Shown here piece after piece: positions 9,163-22,975 of a stretch of DNA of 64,000 bases. The position numbers and the translations under genes are program-made. Numbering within the stretch: the stretch's first letter is position 1; every line of letters starts with the position of its first letter. The notes beneath the pieces are model-generated. The model searched no databases, had not been told where the DNA came from, and saw only the letters and a list, made by a program, of their open reading frames with translations. The DNA lies in NCBI GenBank assembly GCA_965261595.1, contig CBDHDG010000007.1, positions 736,001 through 800,000 of the forward strand. Direction: 5' to 3'. Origin of the DNA: a bacterium. Lineage in GTDB: Bacteria > UBA8248 > JACPRG01 > G963555815.

Positions 9163-10418
9163 TCCGCGCCTCGAAAATCGTCTCCGGCCCGGCCGGGCCG
9201 GTTTGCCGGTTTCTCGCCCTCGCGGCGCTTCTCGCCGTCTTGGGATTTTCGGGGCCGGCGCGGGCCGGTCTGCCGGTTCGGGTGCTCCTGGTCCGGGGAG
9301 GGTTCTCCGTCCGCGTGTTCGCGGACGCGACGCTGAGAATTTACGCACTGGCGGAAGAGCGTCTTCTCTACGCCGCCGAAGGAGGCGGGCCCCTCCTCGT
9401 GCGCGCCCGGGGAGACCGGGTTCTGATCGGGGAAGCGGGCGGACGCTCTCTGCCCGCCGGCGGGGTCAGGTTTCGCGCGTTCGGCGGCCCGATCCGGATG
9501 AACGGGACACCCTACCGGGGCGCCATCGACGTCGCCGCCTCCGGGGGCAGGCTCTGGGTCGTCAACACGGTTCGGCTCGAGGATTACCTGCGGGGGGTCG
9601 TCGGCCGGGAGATCCCCTCCGGATGGCCGCGGCCCGCTCTTCGCGCCCAGGCCGTGGCGGCGCGCACCTTCACCCTGTTGATCCGGGCGCAAGCGGATAA
9701 AAAGGCGAAAGGGCGCGCCCTGTTCCACCTGACGGCCGGGACCGGAGACCAGGTTTACGGCGGCATACCGGCCGAGAACCCGGCCATCGACGCCGCGGTC
9801 GCCGCGACCGAGGGGCTGGTCGTGACGTATCGAGGGAAGATCGCCCGGGCCTTCTTTCACGCCTCTTCCGGCGGGCGAACGGAAGCGGTCGGGGCCGTCT
9901 GGGCCTCCATCGGGCTCCCTTACCTCCGGGGCGTCTCCGTTCCGCTGGAGCGCGGCGACCCCGCGCAGGAATGGCGGGCCACGGTCGGGTTGGGGGCCCT
10001 TCGCCGGGCGCTGGCGGGGACGGGCCGGTTTGTGGGAAGGATTCGGGCCGTCACCGTCGTGGGGCGCACCGCCTCGGGCCGGGCGTCCCGGGTGCGCATC
10101 GACCACCGCGGCGGGCGGCTCACCGTCCGGGCGGCCCTGCTCCGTCGGGTCCTGGGCTATGCGCGGGTCCGAAGCACGCTGTTTCGGATCGATCGAAACC
10201 GGGATGTCCTGATCTTCCGCGGACGCGGGTTCGGCCACGGCGTCGGGATGTCCCAACAGGGGGCCCGACTCCTGGCGGAAAGCGGCAAGTCTTACACCGA
10301 GATTCTGGCCTTTTTTTATCCGGGCACATCCCTTCTACGGGCCGAAGAAGCCGCCTTTCCCGACGCGGAGCTTCTTGTTCCCCAGGAAATCGACGACCTG
10401 AGCCTGCTTCTTCGGTGA
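9159..10418 (+). CDS. SpoIID/LytB-domain lytic transglycosylase
   Basis: YRGAI, LEDYLRGVVGREIP, ALRAQAVAARTF, DQVYGG, GRGFGHGVGMSQ..ILAFFYPG. Confidence 0.9.
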   Translation: MIRASKIVSGPAGPVCRFLALAALLAVLGFSGPARAGLPVRVLLVRGGFSVRVFADATLRIYALAEERLLYAAEGGGPLLVRARGDRVLIGEAGGRSLPAGGVRFRAFGGPIRMNGTPYRGAIDVAASGGRLWVVNTVRLEDYLRGVVGREIPSGWPRPALRAQAVAARTFTLLIRAQADKKAKGRALFHLTAGTGDQVYGGIPAENPAIDAAVAATEGLVVTYRGKIARAFFHASSGGRTEAVGAVWASIGLPYLRGVSVPLERGDPAQEWRATVGLGALRRALAGTGRFVGRIRAVTVVGRTASGRASRVRIDHRGGRLTVRAALLRRVLGYARVRSTLFRIDRNRDVLIFRGRGFGHGVGMSQQGARLLAESGKSYTEILAFFYPGTSLLRAEEAAFPDAELLVPQEIDDLSLLLR

Positions 10419-10721
10419 AGGCGCGGAGGCGCCATAGACGCGGCCCCGGATGGTTTCACGGATCGGGGCGGCCGTGTTGGCAGGGCGAAAGCTCCGTCCA
10501 GGGGCCTCTCCGCGGGGTGTCCTTTCCCTCGATCCGGCATCCCGGATAAAACAAGGCAGGATTCCCCGCTACGTCCGGAATGACATCAACCGCGATTTTG
10601 CGGACCTTCAAAAATTTTGTTTGGCAACCTGTGGGGGTGAACGGATGGGGACGCCGGTTGGTTTCGGGATCACGGCGCGCGGTTTCCCCGGCCGGTCCCG
10701 TGCGTTCGCGGAGGGTTCCCC

Positions 10722-11762
10722 ATGAATCTTTCGGATCTCGATTTCGACCTGCCGGCGGATCGAATCGCCCAAGCGCCCCTGCCCGAGCGGGACGCGTCAA
10801 AGCTCCTTGTCCTGGACCGGCGTTCGGGAGAGATCGCGCATCACGCCTTCCGGGATCTCCCGGACCTGCTCGACCCGACGGATCTGGTGGTCGTCAACGA
10901 CACGCGCGTGATCCCCGCCAGGCTGTTGGGCCGGAAAGAAAAGACGGGGGGGCGGGTGGAAATCCTGTTGGTCCGGGAGCGGGAAGAAGGGCTCTGGGAC
11001 TGTATGGCCAAGGGAACGGGCCGTCTGCGGCCGGACACGATCCTCGCGTTTGAAGACGGCGTCCGGGGAGTCGTCGAGACCCGACCCGATGCGGACCGGG
11101 TCCAAGTGCGGTTTTCCCCGAAAGCGGATTTTCGCCAATGGGTCGGCCGGCGGGGCCATGTTCCTCTCCCGCCCTACATCCGGCGTCCCGAGGCGCCCGA
11201 GGACCGGGAGCGCTATCAAACGGTTTTCGCGGAGAACGCGGGCGCGATCGCGGCGCCCACGGCGGGCCTTCACTTCACCCCCCGGCTCTTGAAACGGATC
11301 GCGGCTCGCGGAATCGGCCGGGCCGCGCTGACGCTGCACGTCGGACCGGGGACCTTTCGACCCATCCGGACCGCCCGGGCGGAAGACCACGTGATGGAGG
11401 CCGAAGAAACCCACATCCCGCCGGAGACGGCGCGGAAGATCCTGGAGACCCGGGCGGTCGGCGGGAGGATTGTGGCGGTGGGGACGACGGTGGTCCGGAC
11501 ACTGGAAGGCAGGGTCGAGGCGGGCCCGCGTGGGGAGGTTTCCCTCGGGTCCGGTCGATCGGGGGTGTCTCTATTCATCACGCCCGGCCACCGGTTCCGT
11601 CTGGTCGGCGGGCTGGTGACGAATTTCCACCTGCCCGGCTCCACGCTGCTTTTGCTGGTTGCGGCGTTCGCGGGGCGCGAGCGAATCCTCGAGGCTTATG
11701 GTGAGGCGCTTCGGAAGGGTTACCGCTTTTACAGCTACGGCGACGCGATGTGGATCCGCTGA
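10722..11762 (+). CDS. queA: S-adenosylmethionine:tRNA ribosyltransferase-isomerase
   Basis: DFDLP..IAQ.P, NDTRVIPARL, AAPTAGLHFT, VGTTVVRTLE, TNFHLP, YRFYSYGDAM. Confidence 0.97.
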   Translation: MNLSDLDFDLPADRIAQAPLPERDASKLLVLDRRSGEIAHHAFRDLPDLLDPTDLVVVNDTRVIPARLLGRKEKTGGRVEILLVREREEGLWDCMAKGTGRLRPDTILAFEDGVRGVVETRPDADRVQVRFSPKADFRQWVGRRGHVPLPPYIRRPEAPEDRERYQTVFAENAGAIAAPTAGLHFTPRLLKRIAARGIGRAALTLHVGPGTFRPIRTARAEDHVMEAEETHIPPETARKILETRAVGGRIVAVGTTVVRTLEGRVEAGPRGEVSLGSGRSGVSLFITPGHRFRLVGGLVTNFHLPGSTLLLLVAAFAGRERILEAYGEALRKGYRFYSYGDAMWIR

Positions 11763-11826
11763 ACCGTTACGTCCCCGGATCGAGGGACCCGTTGTCCACC
11801 GCGCCGGCGCCGCGAATCCGGCCGGG

Positions 11827-12129
11827 CTAAAGCTCGAAGGAAGAAGCCGATTGATCCCCGTTCACCGCTTCCCTGAAATGCTTTCCCGACTTGAACCGGA
11901 CGACCTTCCGGGCCGGGATGGGGGCCTCTTCGCCTGTCTTCGGGTTTCGGCCGATGCGGTCCGATTTGCTCCGGACCCGGAATGATCCGAACCGCCTCAG
12001 GATGACAGGCTCGCCGTTTTTCAGGGTTGCTTTCACGACATTGATGATGGTCTCGACCGCTTCTTCGGCCTTGACCTTCGTGAGTCCCGTATCCTCCGCT
12101 ACGCGGCTGATAATCTCGATCTTGGTCAC
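11827..12129 (-). CDS. HU/IHF-family nucleoid protein
   Basis: MTK.E, FGSFRVR, GRNPKTGE, IPARKVVRFK. Confidence 0.92.
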   Translation of the reverse strand: MTKIEIISRVAEDTGLTKVKAEEAVETIINVVKATLKNGEPVILRRFGSFRVRSKSDRIGRNPKTGEEAPIPARKVVRFKSGKHFREAVNGDQSASSFEL

Positions 12130-12419
12130 AGAACGCCCCTCCCCTAAAGCCGCTTAAGCACGTGAACACCTCGGATGACTCACCCGGCCCATCCGAAACA
12201 CGTTATTCTCTTCCTGCGAGATGTATGATTTATATCGTAGAACTCGAAAAAAAATCAATGCCTTTCGATCATCTGGAAACGCTTCGCCGGTGCGGCCGCA
12301 AAGGGTCCGGCAACCATGGAGACCAAAAAAGCCCCCCCCCAATTTCCGGAAGTATCCGACAATTCTGAAAAGGCCCGGTCGATTTTTGATGAGCTTATCA
12401 AGATGAAATCGGGCCGCGT

Positions 12420-12453
12420 CACGGGTCAACCGACCCCACGGGTCAACCGACCC
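12420..12453. repeat. Two tandem 17-bp units CACGGGTCAACCGACCC
   Basis: Direct repeat; each unit contains a GGGTC-N4-GACCC mini-hairpin. Confidence 0.7.
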
Positions 12454-12592
12454 GCGCGCTTCGGCCCGAGAATGTCGCTTGCGGAGACCGACACCCCGCA
12501 GGCGGGGGCGCCAGGGGGGGGGAGGGGGGAATCTTCAGACCCCCTCTGGATGAAAACAGCGATTCACCCGCATCCCCGGTTCCAGGAATTGA

Positions 12593-12835
12593 TCAGGATT
12601 CCTCCAGCGGGGCCTGCACCTCGTCGACCGGGAGATCCCCATCCTTGACGTCCCATTTGAGCTTCCCTTCGACGATCTCCTTGAGGGCGATTGTTTCGTA
12701 ATCCTTGTCCTCCGTTTCGATCAGCGGCTCCGAGCCTTTGAGGAGCTGCATGATTCGCTTGGCCAGCAGGTTGGTCAGCAGGAAACGGTTTTGAACACGG
12801 TCCATTGCTTGGGTCAGCAGAGACTGATCCGCCAT
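12593..12835 (-). CDS. rpoZ: RNA polymerase omega subunit
   Basis: NRFLLTNLLAKRIMQL..G..PL, IALKEIVEGK. Confidence 0.9.
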   Translation of the reverse strand: MADQSLLTQAMDRVQNRFLLTNLLAKRIMQLLKGSEPLIETEDKDYETIALKEIVEGKLKWDVKDGDLPVDEVQAPLEES

Positions 12836-12916
12836 CGATGATTGCTCCCTTTCGCCCAGATCTTCTTTTGTGGTGTCGGCTCAAGCGTTCGTCGCGGCTC
12901 GCGTGCGGGGCCGAAA

Positions 12917-13375
12917 TCAGGCCCCTGAAACGGGCGCGGCGGGACCGCCGCTTCCAGCCGAACGCACGACGTCGACAAATCGCATTTTCAACTCGGCCAG
13001 GATCTGCTCGAAAAGCCGATCTTCTTCCTCGGTCAGGTTTCCCTGGGTCTTCTCCCGGAGAATGCCCAGGATGTCGATCATCTGTTTGGCGCCCTCGATG
13101 TTGGCTTCCGGGCGCCCTCCCGCCGGGTCCGGGGCCACGCCCAGGTTGATCAAGGCCGTGTTCGCGAGTGAAAGAATAAATCCTCCGAAATCCGGCTGCG
13201 GGACGCCGCCCGGCGGCGCCTCCCCGGCCTCCGCTTCGGGCGGGGCGGCGGGCTCGGGCTCGGCTTCCGCCCGCTCCGGCCGGGGCGCCTCCTCCGCACT
13301 CTCCTCTTCGTCGCGTTTTGATTGGCGCCGGTCGGTTACGGTAAAGCCTCGACCCTGTTCTTCCTCTTCCGACAT
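12917..13375 (-). CDS. DUF1844 domain protein
   Basis: FGGFILSLA..ALINLG..PDP..AKQMIDILGILREKTQGNLTEEE. Confidence 0.85.
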   Translation of the reverse strand: MSEEEEQGRGFTVTDRRQSKRDEEESAEEAPRPERAEAEPEPAAPPEAEAGEAPPGGVPQPDFGGFILSLANTALINLGVAPDPAGGRPEANIEGAKQMIDILGILREKTQGNLTEEEDRLFEQILAELKMRFVDVVRSAGSGGPAAPVSGA

Positions 13376-13456
13376 TGCCCCTCTCCCCTTCCACCAACGG
13401 TTAATCAGAAGCTTCGCCGCCGATTGTGCGCGATGTGGCCGACCGCCGTCCGAGGG

Positions 13457-14608
13457 TCAGCCGAACAGCTTCCGCTTCTTCCGGCCTATTTCCGGCGCTT
13501 CGCCCTCTTCCCCCGGATGGCCGGCGCCCGAATCCGTTTCGGCCAATTCGATCTCCCGGAACTCCTTCATCAGGTCTCGAGCCCGGGAGGACAGTTTCTT
13601 GGGCGTCTCGACGTAAACTTCCACAACCAGGTCCCCGGGCGACCCCCCGTGGACGTCCGGAATACCCGCTCTTCGCACCCGGAACCGCTCGCCCGATTGC
13701 GTGGCCTCCGGCAGGGTGACCCTTTGGTCTCCGTTCAGCGTGGCGACCTCCACCTTCCCGCCCAGCGCCGCCAGACCGAAAGAGATCGGCACGCGGCAGA
13801 ACAAGATTTTTCCGTCGCGCTGGAAGAAGGAATGGGGCTCGACGGTGACGTAGACGTAGAGATCCCCCGGGGGACCCCCGCCCGCCCCGTCCTCGCCTTC
13901 GTCCTGAATGCGGAGGCGGGAGTCGGTGTCGATGCCGGCCGGAACCTTCACCTTCAAGGATTTGGTTTGTTCCGTCCTGCCCGCCCCGCCGCACTCCCGG
14001 CAGGGATGCTCGAGCACCCGTCCCGCCCCGCCGCATTGCGGACAGGGCGTCGCGATGGAAAAGAAACCGCTCGAATGCTGCACCTTGCCGCGCCCGCCGC
14101 ACGTGGCGCACGTGGCGGGAGAGGTGCCAGGCTCCGCTCCGCCGCCCCCGCAGGGCTCGCACGTCTTCAGCCTGGGAATTTCGAGGGTGATTTCCGTCCC
14201 CAGCGCCGCGTCCTCGAACGGAAGGCTCAAATCGTACCGCAGGTCGTGACCCCGCTGCGGTCCCCCGCGCCCCCGTCTTCGCCGGCCGCCCCCCTCCCCC
14301 CCGCCGAACAGGTCGCCGAAGATGTCTCCGAAGGACGAGAAGATGTCTTCGAACCCCCGAGGACCCTGAAAACCGGACCCTTCGAGCCCCTCGTGGCCGA
14401 ACTGGTCGTAAATCCTCCTCTTCTCCGGATCTTGGAGGACTTCGTAGGCTTCGGAAGCCTCCTTGAACCTGTCTTCGGCTTCCTGGTCGTCGGGGTTCCG
14501 GTCGGGGTGAAACTCCTTGGCCTTACTCCGGTAGGCTTTCTTGATTTCCGGCTGGCCAGCCCCCCGGTCGACCTCCAGGACCTCGTAGTAATCGCGCTTG
14601 GCGTTCAT
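13457..14608 (-). CDS. dnaJ: Chaperone DnaJ (class I, zinc finger)
   Basis: J domain HPD, G/F region, four CxxCxGxG repeats. Confidence 0.97.
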   Translation of the reverse strand: MNAKRDYYEVLEVDRGAGQPEIKKAYRSKAKEFHPDRNPDDQEAEDRFKEASEAYEVLQDPEKRRIYDQFGHEGLEGSGFQGPRGFEDIFSSFGDIFGDLFGGGEGGGRRRRGRGGPQRGHDLRYDLSLPFEDAALGTEITLEIPRLKTCEPCGGGGAEPGTSPATCATCGGRGKVQHSSGFFSIATPCPQCGGAGRVLEHPCRECGGAGRTEQTKSLKVKVPAGIDTDSRLRIQDEGEDGAGGGPPGDLYVYVTVEPHSFFQRDGKILFCRVPISFGLAALGGKVEVATLNGDQRVTLPEATQSGERFRVRRAGIPDVHGGSPGDLVVEVYVETPKKLSSRARDLMKEFREIELAETDSGAGHPGEEGEAPEIGRKKRKLFG

Positions 14609-15234
14609 GAACTCTTCCGCTCGCGCTCGGGGGGGCCGTCTTTCAATTCCTCAGGGGGTGGACCGGCTGGCTTACCGACCCGTACGCGGGCCGGCCGCAA
14701 CAATCGGCCTTTGAGTAAATAACCCGGAAGCACCTCTTCGGCCACCTGATTTTCCTTCGCCGGGTCATCCACGGAAACGACGCCCACGGCCTCATGGACG
14801 TTCGGGTCAAAAGGCCCGCCCGTGCTTTCCACCCGCTCCAGGCCGTGGGCCTGAAGCGTCCCAACCAGCCGGCCGTGAACAAGCCGGACGCCCTCCAGAA
14901 GGACGGCGGCGCCTCCGGACGCTCCGGTCTCAAGAGCCCTGTCCATGTCGTCCAGGACCCCGATCAGCTCCTCCACCAGGCCGCCCAGGGTTTCCTCGGC
15001 CCGCCGGTCCGCCTCCTTGCGGATTCGCTCCCGAAAGGCCTCGTTCTCGGCGCGCTGGTTCTCGACGAACGTCTTCAGCCGCTCTTCGTTTTCCCGGGCG
15101 CGCGCCTCAATCCGCTCGATGTAGGTGGGGAGGACGGACGGCACCTCCGCGTCTCCATCACCCCTTCCCTTCGCCCAGTGTCTCCGGTCAACGACCGAGA
15201 CCTTGGGCCGCTCCTCTTCTTCCTTTTCCGGCAT
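14605..15234 (-). CDS. grpE: Nucleotide exchange factor GrpE
   Basis: [33 protein letters not shown]. Confidence 0.93.
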   Translation of the reverse strand: MPEKEEEERPKVSVVDRRHWAKGRGDGDAEVPSVLPTYIERIEARARENEERLKTFVENQRAENEAFRERIRKEADRRAEETLGGLVEELIGVLDDMDRALETGASGGAAVLLEGVRLVHGRLVGTLQAHGLERVESTGGPFDPNVHEAVGVVSVDDPAKENQVAEEVLPGYLLKGRLLRPARVRVGKPAGPPPEELKDGPPERERKSS

Positions 15235-15239
15235 CTTGA

Positions 15240-15710
15240 TCAGTCCCTTCCGATTTTCGTCTTCTCGCGGTGGACTTCAACCTCCGGAGGCCGCGGGACG
15301 GCCGTCTTGACTGGGTCACGGCCGCTTCTCCGGAAGGGGACGACGCCCTGATGAGCCACCGGCGTCAGGGCCGTCGAGGTCTCCCCGTACTTTTCCTTGA
15401 GCAGGGTCCACATCTCCCGGCGGATGAACTCCTTCATTTCTTCCATGCGCTCCTGTTGGTCTTCCATGCGCTCCAGGAGGTTGAGGATGACCTGGACGCC
15501 GGCCAGGTTGACCCCGAGCTCCCGGGTCAGGTTCAGAATGGTCTCGAGCCGCTCGATGTCCCGCCGGGAGTACATGCGCGTGTTGCCCGGCGTCCGCTGA
15601 GGTGAGACGAGACCTTCCCGCTCGTAGAGGCGGAGGGTCTGTTGGTGGACGCTCAGCATCTCCGCCGCCACGCGGATCGTGAACCGTTCCTTGTCCCCGT
15701 CGGCGCTCAT
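15240..15710 (-). CDS. hspR: MerR-family heat-shock repressor HspR
   Basis: FTIRVAAEMLSVHQQTLRLYEREGL.SPQRTPGNTRMYS..LTRELGVNLAGV; inside the dnaK operon. Confidence 0.9.
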   Translation of the reverse strand: MSADGDKERFTIRVAAEMLSVHQQTLRLYEREGLVSPQRTPGNTRMYSRRDIERLETILNLTRELGVNLAGVQVILNLLERMEDQQERMEEMKEFIRREMWTLLKEKYGETSTALTPVAHQGVVPFRRSGRDPVKTAVPRPPEVEVHREKTKIGRD

Positions 15711-16720
15711 CGGATCACGTCCTCGATTTCCTCTCTCGGATCGGTGGGATTCATCCGCCCCAGCTCCCGGACGAGGGCCTTGGATTCGTCGCTCAGGTCC
15801 TTTGGAACGATGACATGGGCCGTCACATACAGGTTCCCCTGTCCGTTGCCTTTCAGGTGGGGCATGCCTTTTCCCCGAAGCCGGAAGGTCTGGCCGGTTT
15901 GCGTCCCCTCGGGGACGGTCATTTTGGTCTCCCCCTCCATGGTGGGCGCGACGACGCGCGCCCCCAGAACGGCCTCGGGGAAGGTGACGGGCAGCTTGAC
16001 GTAGAGGTTGTCGCCCTTGCGCTCGAACCGGAGATGCGGCCGGACCTTGACGACGATGTACAGGTCCCCGCCCGGCCCGCCGTTGTAGCCGGGCTCGCCC
16101 TTTCCGGCCAGCCGGATCTTCGAGCCGTTGTTCACCCCCTTGGGGATCCGGACCCGCAGGCGCTCTTGCCCGATGCCTCCGTCCTCCCGGCGCCGGTTCA
16201 GGGAGATGCTGACCAGTCGTCCTATGAAGGCGTCGTCCAGGCTGACCTCCAGGGTGTAGTTGATGTCGTTGCCGCGCAGGTTCCGCGGCCGGGGAGGGGC
16301 TTGCTCCCGGGCGGCGCCGAAGATGTCGCTGAAGATGTCGCCGATGCCCCCTCCCCCTGCTCCTCTCCTGCCGGCGCTCCCGCGGCCGCCGCCGAAGATG
16401 CCGCCCAGGATGTCGTCCAGGTCCCCGAATCCCCCTCCTCCCCCCGCCCCCCCCCGGGCGCCGGACCTGAAACCGGCGAAGGGATCGAATCCGGGGCCGA
16501 AGGCGTCGTGGCCCATCAAGTCGTACTTTTTGCGCTGCTCCGCGTCGCTGAGGACGGCGTAGGCTTCGCTGATCTCCTTGAACCGCTCTTCGGCGGCTTT
16601 GTCGCCGGGGTTGACGTCGGGATGGTGCTTCCGGGCAAGCTGGCGGTAGGCCTTTTTGAGATCCGCCTCGGAGACCTTCTTGGGCACCCCCAGGATCTCG
16701 TAGTAATCACGCTTGTTCAC
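15707..16720 (-). CDS. DnaJ class II (CbpA-like, no zinc finger)
   Basis: J domain HHPD, Gly-rich linker, DnaJ C-terminal domain, no CxxCxGxG. Confidence 0.9.
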   Translation of the reverse strand: MNKRDYYEILGVPKKVSEADLKKAYRQLARKHHPDVNPGDKAAEERFKEISEAYAVLSDAEQRKKYDLMGHDAFGPGFDPFAGFRSGARGGAGGGGGFGDLDDILGGIFGGGRGSAGRRGAGGGGIGDIFSDIFGAAREQAPPRPRNLRGNDINYTLEVSLDDAFIGRLVSISLNRRREDGGIGQERLRVRIPKGVNNGSKIRLAGKGEPGYNGGPGGDLYIVVKVRPHLRFERKGDNLYVKLPVTFPEAVLGARVVAPTMEGETKMTVPEGTQTGQTFRLRGKGMPHLKGNGQGNLYVTAHVIVPKDLSDESKALVRELGRMNPTDPREEIEDVIR

Positions 16721-16869
16721 GTTCGCTCACCGCCTTCGGACGTTTCACGCATCGTTCTGTTGAGAACGAACCAAAGTGGTTGATGCCGAAAAACCCCCTG
16801 AGAAAAGATCAAACCGATGGTTGGATGGAACTTCTTTCAATAAAGGGTTCTTCAGCAACTTGGAAGGAT

Positions 16870-17028
16870 TTATTCACCAGATTTCTTCTTCTGCTCCTCC
16901 ATTTCACGATCGGGATTGAGCCCTTTCCCTAAATAGCTCGTCAACCGCGGATCAGGTTGAATCTCCACCGCGGTTTCCGTCTCTTCCGCCTCATCTTGAC
17001 TTTGGTTCTCTTTATCCTTCTCGGCCAT
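16870..17028 (-). CDS. Small acidic hypothetical protein (52 aa)
   Basis: GGAGG RBS, then MAEKDKENQSQDEAEETETAVEIQPDPRLTSYLGKGLNPDREMEEQKKKSGE; below the ORF-track cutoff. Confidence 0.55.
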   Translation of the reverse strand: MAEKDKENQSQDEAEETETAVEIQPDPRLTSYLGKGLNPDREMEEQKKKSGE

Positions 17029-17042
17029 TGTTCAATCCTCCT

Positions 17043-17513
17043 TCACGGGAGCGAAATCCAAATCCAGTTTGCGATGATGAACGCGACACCGACTATCATG
17101 AGATAGATGGACAATTGTACGTAACGTGCTTTAAAGCGGTTCTTTTTGCGAACCTCTTCATAAGACTCCACCATGTTGTCAATCAGCGTAGACAGGACCT
17201 CTCTTTTCTTTTTCTGAGAGTACCATCTGCGAAGTTGTCGGAGATCGGGGTCTCGGCGGTACTTTCCCACTTAAAAAGAGATTCCTCCAGAGACTAAGGA
17301 TAAGAACAGAGCGATCAGACCGACTCGAAAAGGCCATAAGGCATCTCCGGCTTGAACCTGAAAGAGCACGGCGAGAATCACTCCGTTAAAGCCGATTAGC
17401 ATCCCCGCTTTGCTGTCCATGCTGTCCACAGCGCCAATCTCTATATCCAACCGCTCTTTGACCGCCTCATATATGATTTCTATGGTCTCAAGGGCTTCAT
17501 TTTCTTCTGTCAA
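17043..17513 (-). pseudogene. Hypothetical membrane protein interrupted by an in-frame TAA (17271-17273)
   Basis: ORFs 17271-17513 and 17043-17270 are contiguous in the same frame; about three hydrophobic segments; lower GC than flanks. Confidence 0.6.
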
Positions 17514-17620
17514 CGAATGAGGATCCCTTCAGGCGGAAACCCTGGTATGAACAGTTGTAGCGCGGGGGCTTCAGCCCCCGCTCCATCCCCTACCTCAATG
17601 ATGCTGTTCTCAGCGGAGGC

Positions 17621-17671
17621 CAAGGGTCCGCTGACCCCAAGGGTCCACCGACCCCAAGGGTCAACCGACCA
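17621..17671. repeat. Three tandem 17-bp units CAAGGGTC-N4-GACC(C/A)
   Basis: Units start at 17621, 17638 and 17655, just downstream of the dnaK stop; same family as the 12420 repeat. Confidence 0.7.
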
Positions 17672-17706
17672 CCGCTATCGAGCGTGTCTTCAGTTTGAAG
17701 CGGGCC

Positions 17707-19647
17707 TCACTTCTTGTCCGTGTCCTCGAACTCGGCGTCCACGACCTCGCCTTCGACATCCGGTTCACTCGCGCTTTTGGCGTCCGCCGGGCCCGGGCCG
17801 TCGGCCGGGGCGGAGGCGCCGTTGCCGTCCGGGGCCGCGCCGGTCTCGGCGGTCTGCTGGTAGAGGACCTCGGCGAGCTTGTGGCTGGCCGCCATCAACT
17901 CATCCCGGGCCTTTTCGATCGTTTCCTTGTCGTCCCCTTCGAGGGCCTTCTTGGTGTCGGCGATGGCCGACTCCAGCTTGGATACGTCCTCGGCCGGGAT
18001 CTTCTCCTTGTGCTCGCCCAGGTTCTTCTCGGTCTGATAGAGGAGGGAATCGGTCTGGTTGCGGACCTCGATCATATCCCGCTTCTGCTTGTCCTCATCG
18101 GCGTTGGACTGGGCATCTTCCACCATTTGGTCGATCTCCTCGCTACTGAGACCGCTGGAGCTGGTGATGGTGATGGCCTGCTCTTTGCCGGTAGCGTTGT
18201 CTTTGGCGGAGACGTTCACGATGCCGTTGGCGTCGATGTCGAACGTGACCTCCACCTGCGGGATCCCCCGCGGGGCGGGCGGGATGCCCACCAGGTGAAA
18301 CTTGCCGAGGGATCGGTTGTTGGCGGCCATCTTGCGCTCGCCCTGAAGGACGTGGATCTCCACGCTGGTCTGGTTGTCGGCGGCGGTGGAGAAGGTCTGC
18401 GTCTTGCGCGTGGGGATGGTGGTGTTCCGATCGATGAGCGCCGTGCGGACCCCGCCCAGCGTCTCGATGCCCAGGCTGAGGGGCGTCACGTCCAGGAGCA
18501 GGACGTCCTTGACGTCTCCCGCCAGGATCCCGCCCTGAATGGCCGCGCCCACCGCGACCACCTCGTCCGCGTTGACCCCCTTGTGGAGCTCTTGGCCGAA
18601 CAGCTCGGCGACCAGCTCCTGAACCTTGGGGATGCGGGTGGAGCCGCCCACCAGGACCACCTGGTCGATCTGGTCCGGCTGCAAGTCGGCGTCCTTGAGG
18701 GCCCGTTTGCACGGATCGAGCGCCTGCTCCAGAAGATCCATGACCAGTTGCTCGAACTTGGCCCGCGTCAGCTTGAGGTTCAGGTGCTTGGGGCCGGACT
18801 GGTCCGCCGTGACGAACGGCAGGTTGATGTCGGTCTCCTGCGTGCTCGAGAGCTCCACCTTGGCCTTTTCGGCCCCTTCCTTCAAGCGTTGGAGGGCCAT
18901 CGGGTCCTTGCTGAGGTCGATGCCCTGGTCCTTCTTGAACTCATCGACCAGCCATTCAATGATGCGCTGGTCGAGATCGTCCCCGCCCAGGTGGGTGTCG
19001 CCGCTGGTCGCCTTGACCTCGACGATGTTGTCCCCGACCTCCAGGATCGAGATGTCGAACGTCCCCCCGCCGAAGTCGAACACGGCGATGGTCTCGTCCT
19101 TCTTCTTGTCGAGACCATAGGCCAGGGCCGCCGCCGTGGGCTCGTTGATGATCCGCTTCACGTCGAGCCCGGCGATCTTGCCGGCGTCCTTGGTGGCCTG
19201 GCGCTGGCTGTCGTTGAAGTAGGCGGGCACGGTGACGACCGCCTCGGTGACGGGCTGGCCCAGGTAATCCTCGGCCGCGCTCTTGAGCTTCTGGAGGATG
19301 AGGGCCAAGATCTCGGGCGGCGAATTCTCCACGCCCATGATGTCGACGCGGGCGTCCGAGTTGGCGCCGCGAATGACCTTGTAGGGGACCTCCTCGATCT
19401 CGCGGGCGACTTCCTCGTAGCGCCGCCCCATGAAGCGCTTGATGGAGTAAACGGTGTTCGTCGGGTTGGTGATGGCCTGCCGCTTCGCCACCTGCCCCAC
19501 GAGCTTTTCCCCGTCCTTCGTGAACCCGACGACCGAAGGGGTGACGCGGCTCCCCTCGGCGTTGGTGATGACGGTCGGGTCGCCCCCTTCCATCACCGCG
19601 ACGACGGAGTTGGTTGTCCCCAAATCGATGCCGATGACCTTGCCCAT
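17707..19647 (-). CDS. dnaK: Chaperone DnaK
   Basis: [35 protein letters not shown]. Confidence 0.99.
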   Translation of the reverse strand: MGKVIGIDLGTTNSVVAVMEGGDPTVITNAEGSRVTPSVVGFTKDGEKLVGQVAKRQAITNPTNTVYSIKRFMGRRYEEVAREIEEVPYKVIRGANSDARVDIMGVENSPPEILALILQKLKSAAEDYLGQPVTEAVVTVPAYFNDSQRQATKDAGKIAGLDVKRIINEPTAAALAYGLDKKKDETIAVFDFGGGTFDISILEVGDNIVEVKATSGDTHLGGDDLDQRIIEWLVDEFKKDQGIDLSKDPMALQRLKEGAEKAKVELSSTQETDINLPFVTADQSGPKHLNLKLTRAKFEQLVMDLLEQALDPCKRALKDADLQPDQIDQVVLVGGSTRIPKVQELVAELFGQELHKGVNADEVVAVGAAIQGGILAGDVKDVLLLDVTPLSLGIETLGGVRTALIDRNTTIPTRKTQTFSTAADNQTSVEIHVLQGERKMAANNRSLGKFHLVGIPPAPRGIPQVEVTFDIDANGIVNVSAKDNATGKEQAITITSSSGLSSEEIDQMVEDAQSNADEDKQKRDMIEVRNQTDSLLYQTEKNLGEHKEKIPAEDVSKLESAIADTKKALEGDDKETIEKARDELMAASHKLAEVLYQQTAETGAAPDGNGASAPADGPGPADAKSASEPDVEGEVVDAEFEDTDKK

Positions 19648-19734
19648 CTTTTCAATCCTCCTCGGGTTTTGAACGATCCGGTTTTTCTTGAGCCTCGGGA
19701 ATGACGCCCCCGGCGATCCATCCGCCGTCCGCTG

Positions 19735-22392
<2,658 letters not shown>

Positions 22393-22536
22393 ATCGGTTG
22401 TCCCGCCGTCCCCATTTCCGGCCTCATCGGGTGTCTCGCATGGTTTGAAACCGCGGGGCGGAAAACCCTTTGGGTCCGCCCCCGGTTTTTCACCGGAGGG
22501 GGAATATGGGAAATCTCGTTTATATTCGCAGATTGG

Positions 22537-22566
22537 AATTTATAATCTTAGTGTATTAATGTCAAG
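22537..22566 (-). promoter_or_regulatory. sigma70 promoter of the clpB-dnaK operon overlapped by a HAIR-like (HspR) operator
   Basis: Minus strand TTGACA-17 bp-TAAATT; plus strand TCTTAGT-N7-TGTCAAG (22546-22566) resembles HAIR CTTGAGT-N7-ACTCAAG. Confidence 0.65.
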
Positions 22567-22975
22567 TAATTTGATTGTGTTTAAATAAAAAAATGTTGTT
22601 GTTTTAGGTTTATAGACATTATTTCAATGTGTTACGGGTGTTTTCGTATTTTAAGTACGGGTGCTGAGTTAATGTCCGGCGGGTTCGCTTTCCCGAAATG
22701 TCCGGTGACAAGCTCCGCGGGCGAGCCGAAAACGTCCACCCCGAGCGGGAATGACAATCGGGGGGCGTTGGGGAATGACAGCGGGCTGTCAAGGCTCAGA
22801 AGATCGCTTCTCAGGGCGGGAATCACGATGGATCCTTCGGGGCCGCGTTTCTTCAAGCGCCGATAACCGGGGAAGACTCGGACTTGCGTCCCCTTGACTC
22901 GACCTTGCGGCTTGATAAAACTGGACACGGGGGGAAAATTCACCCGCGACCGAATCCCGAAGGGACGACTCATTC

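Noticed and set aside
17271..17273. In-frame stop as a recoding event
   Set aside because: It is TAA, not UGA or UAG, and lies in no motif; a nonsense mutation or error is more likely
17621..17671. Possible mini-CRISPR array
   Set aside because: Units are 17 bp with no spacers and there are no cas genes
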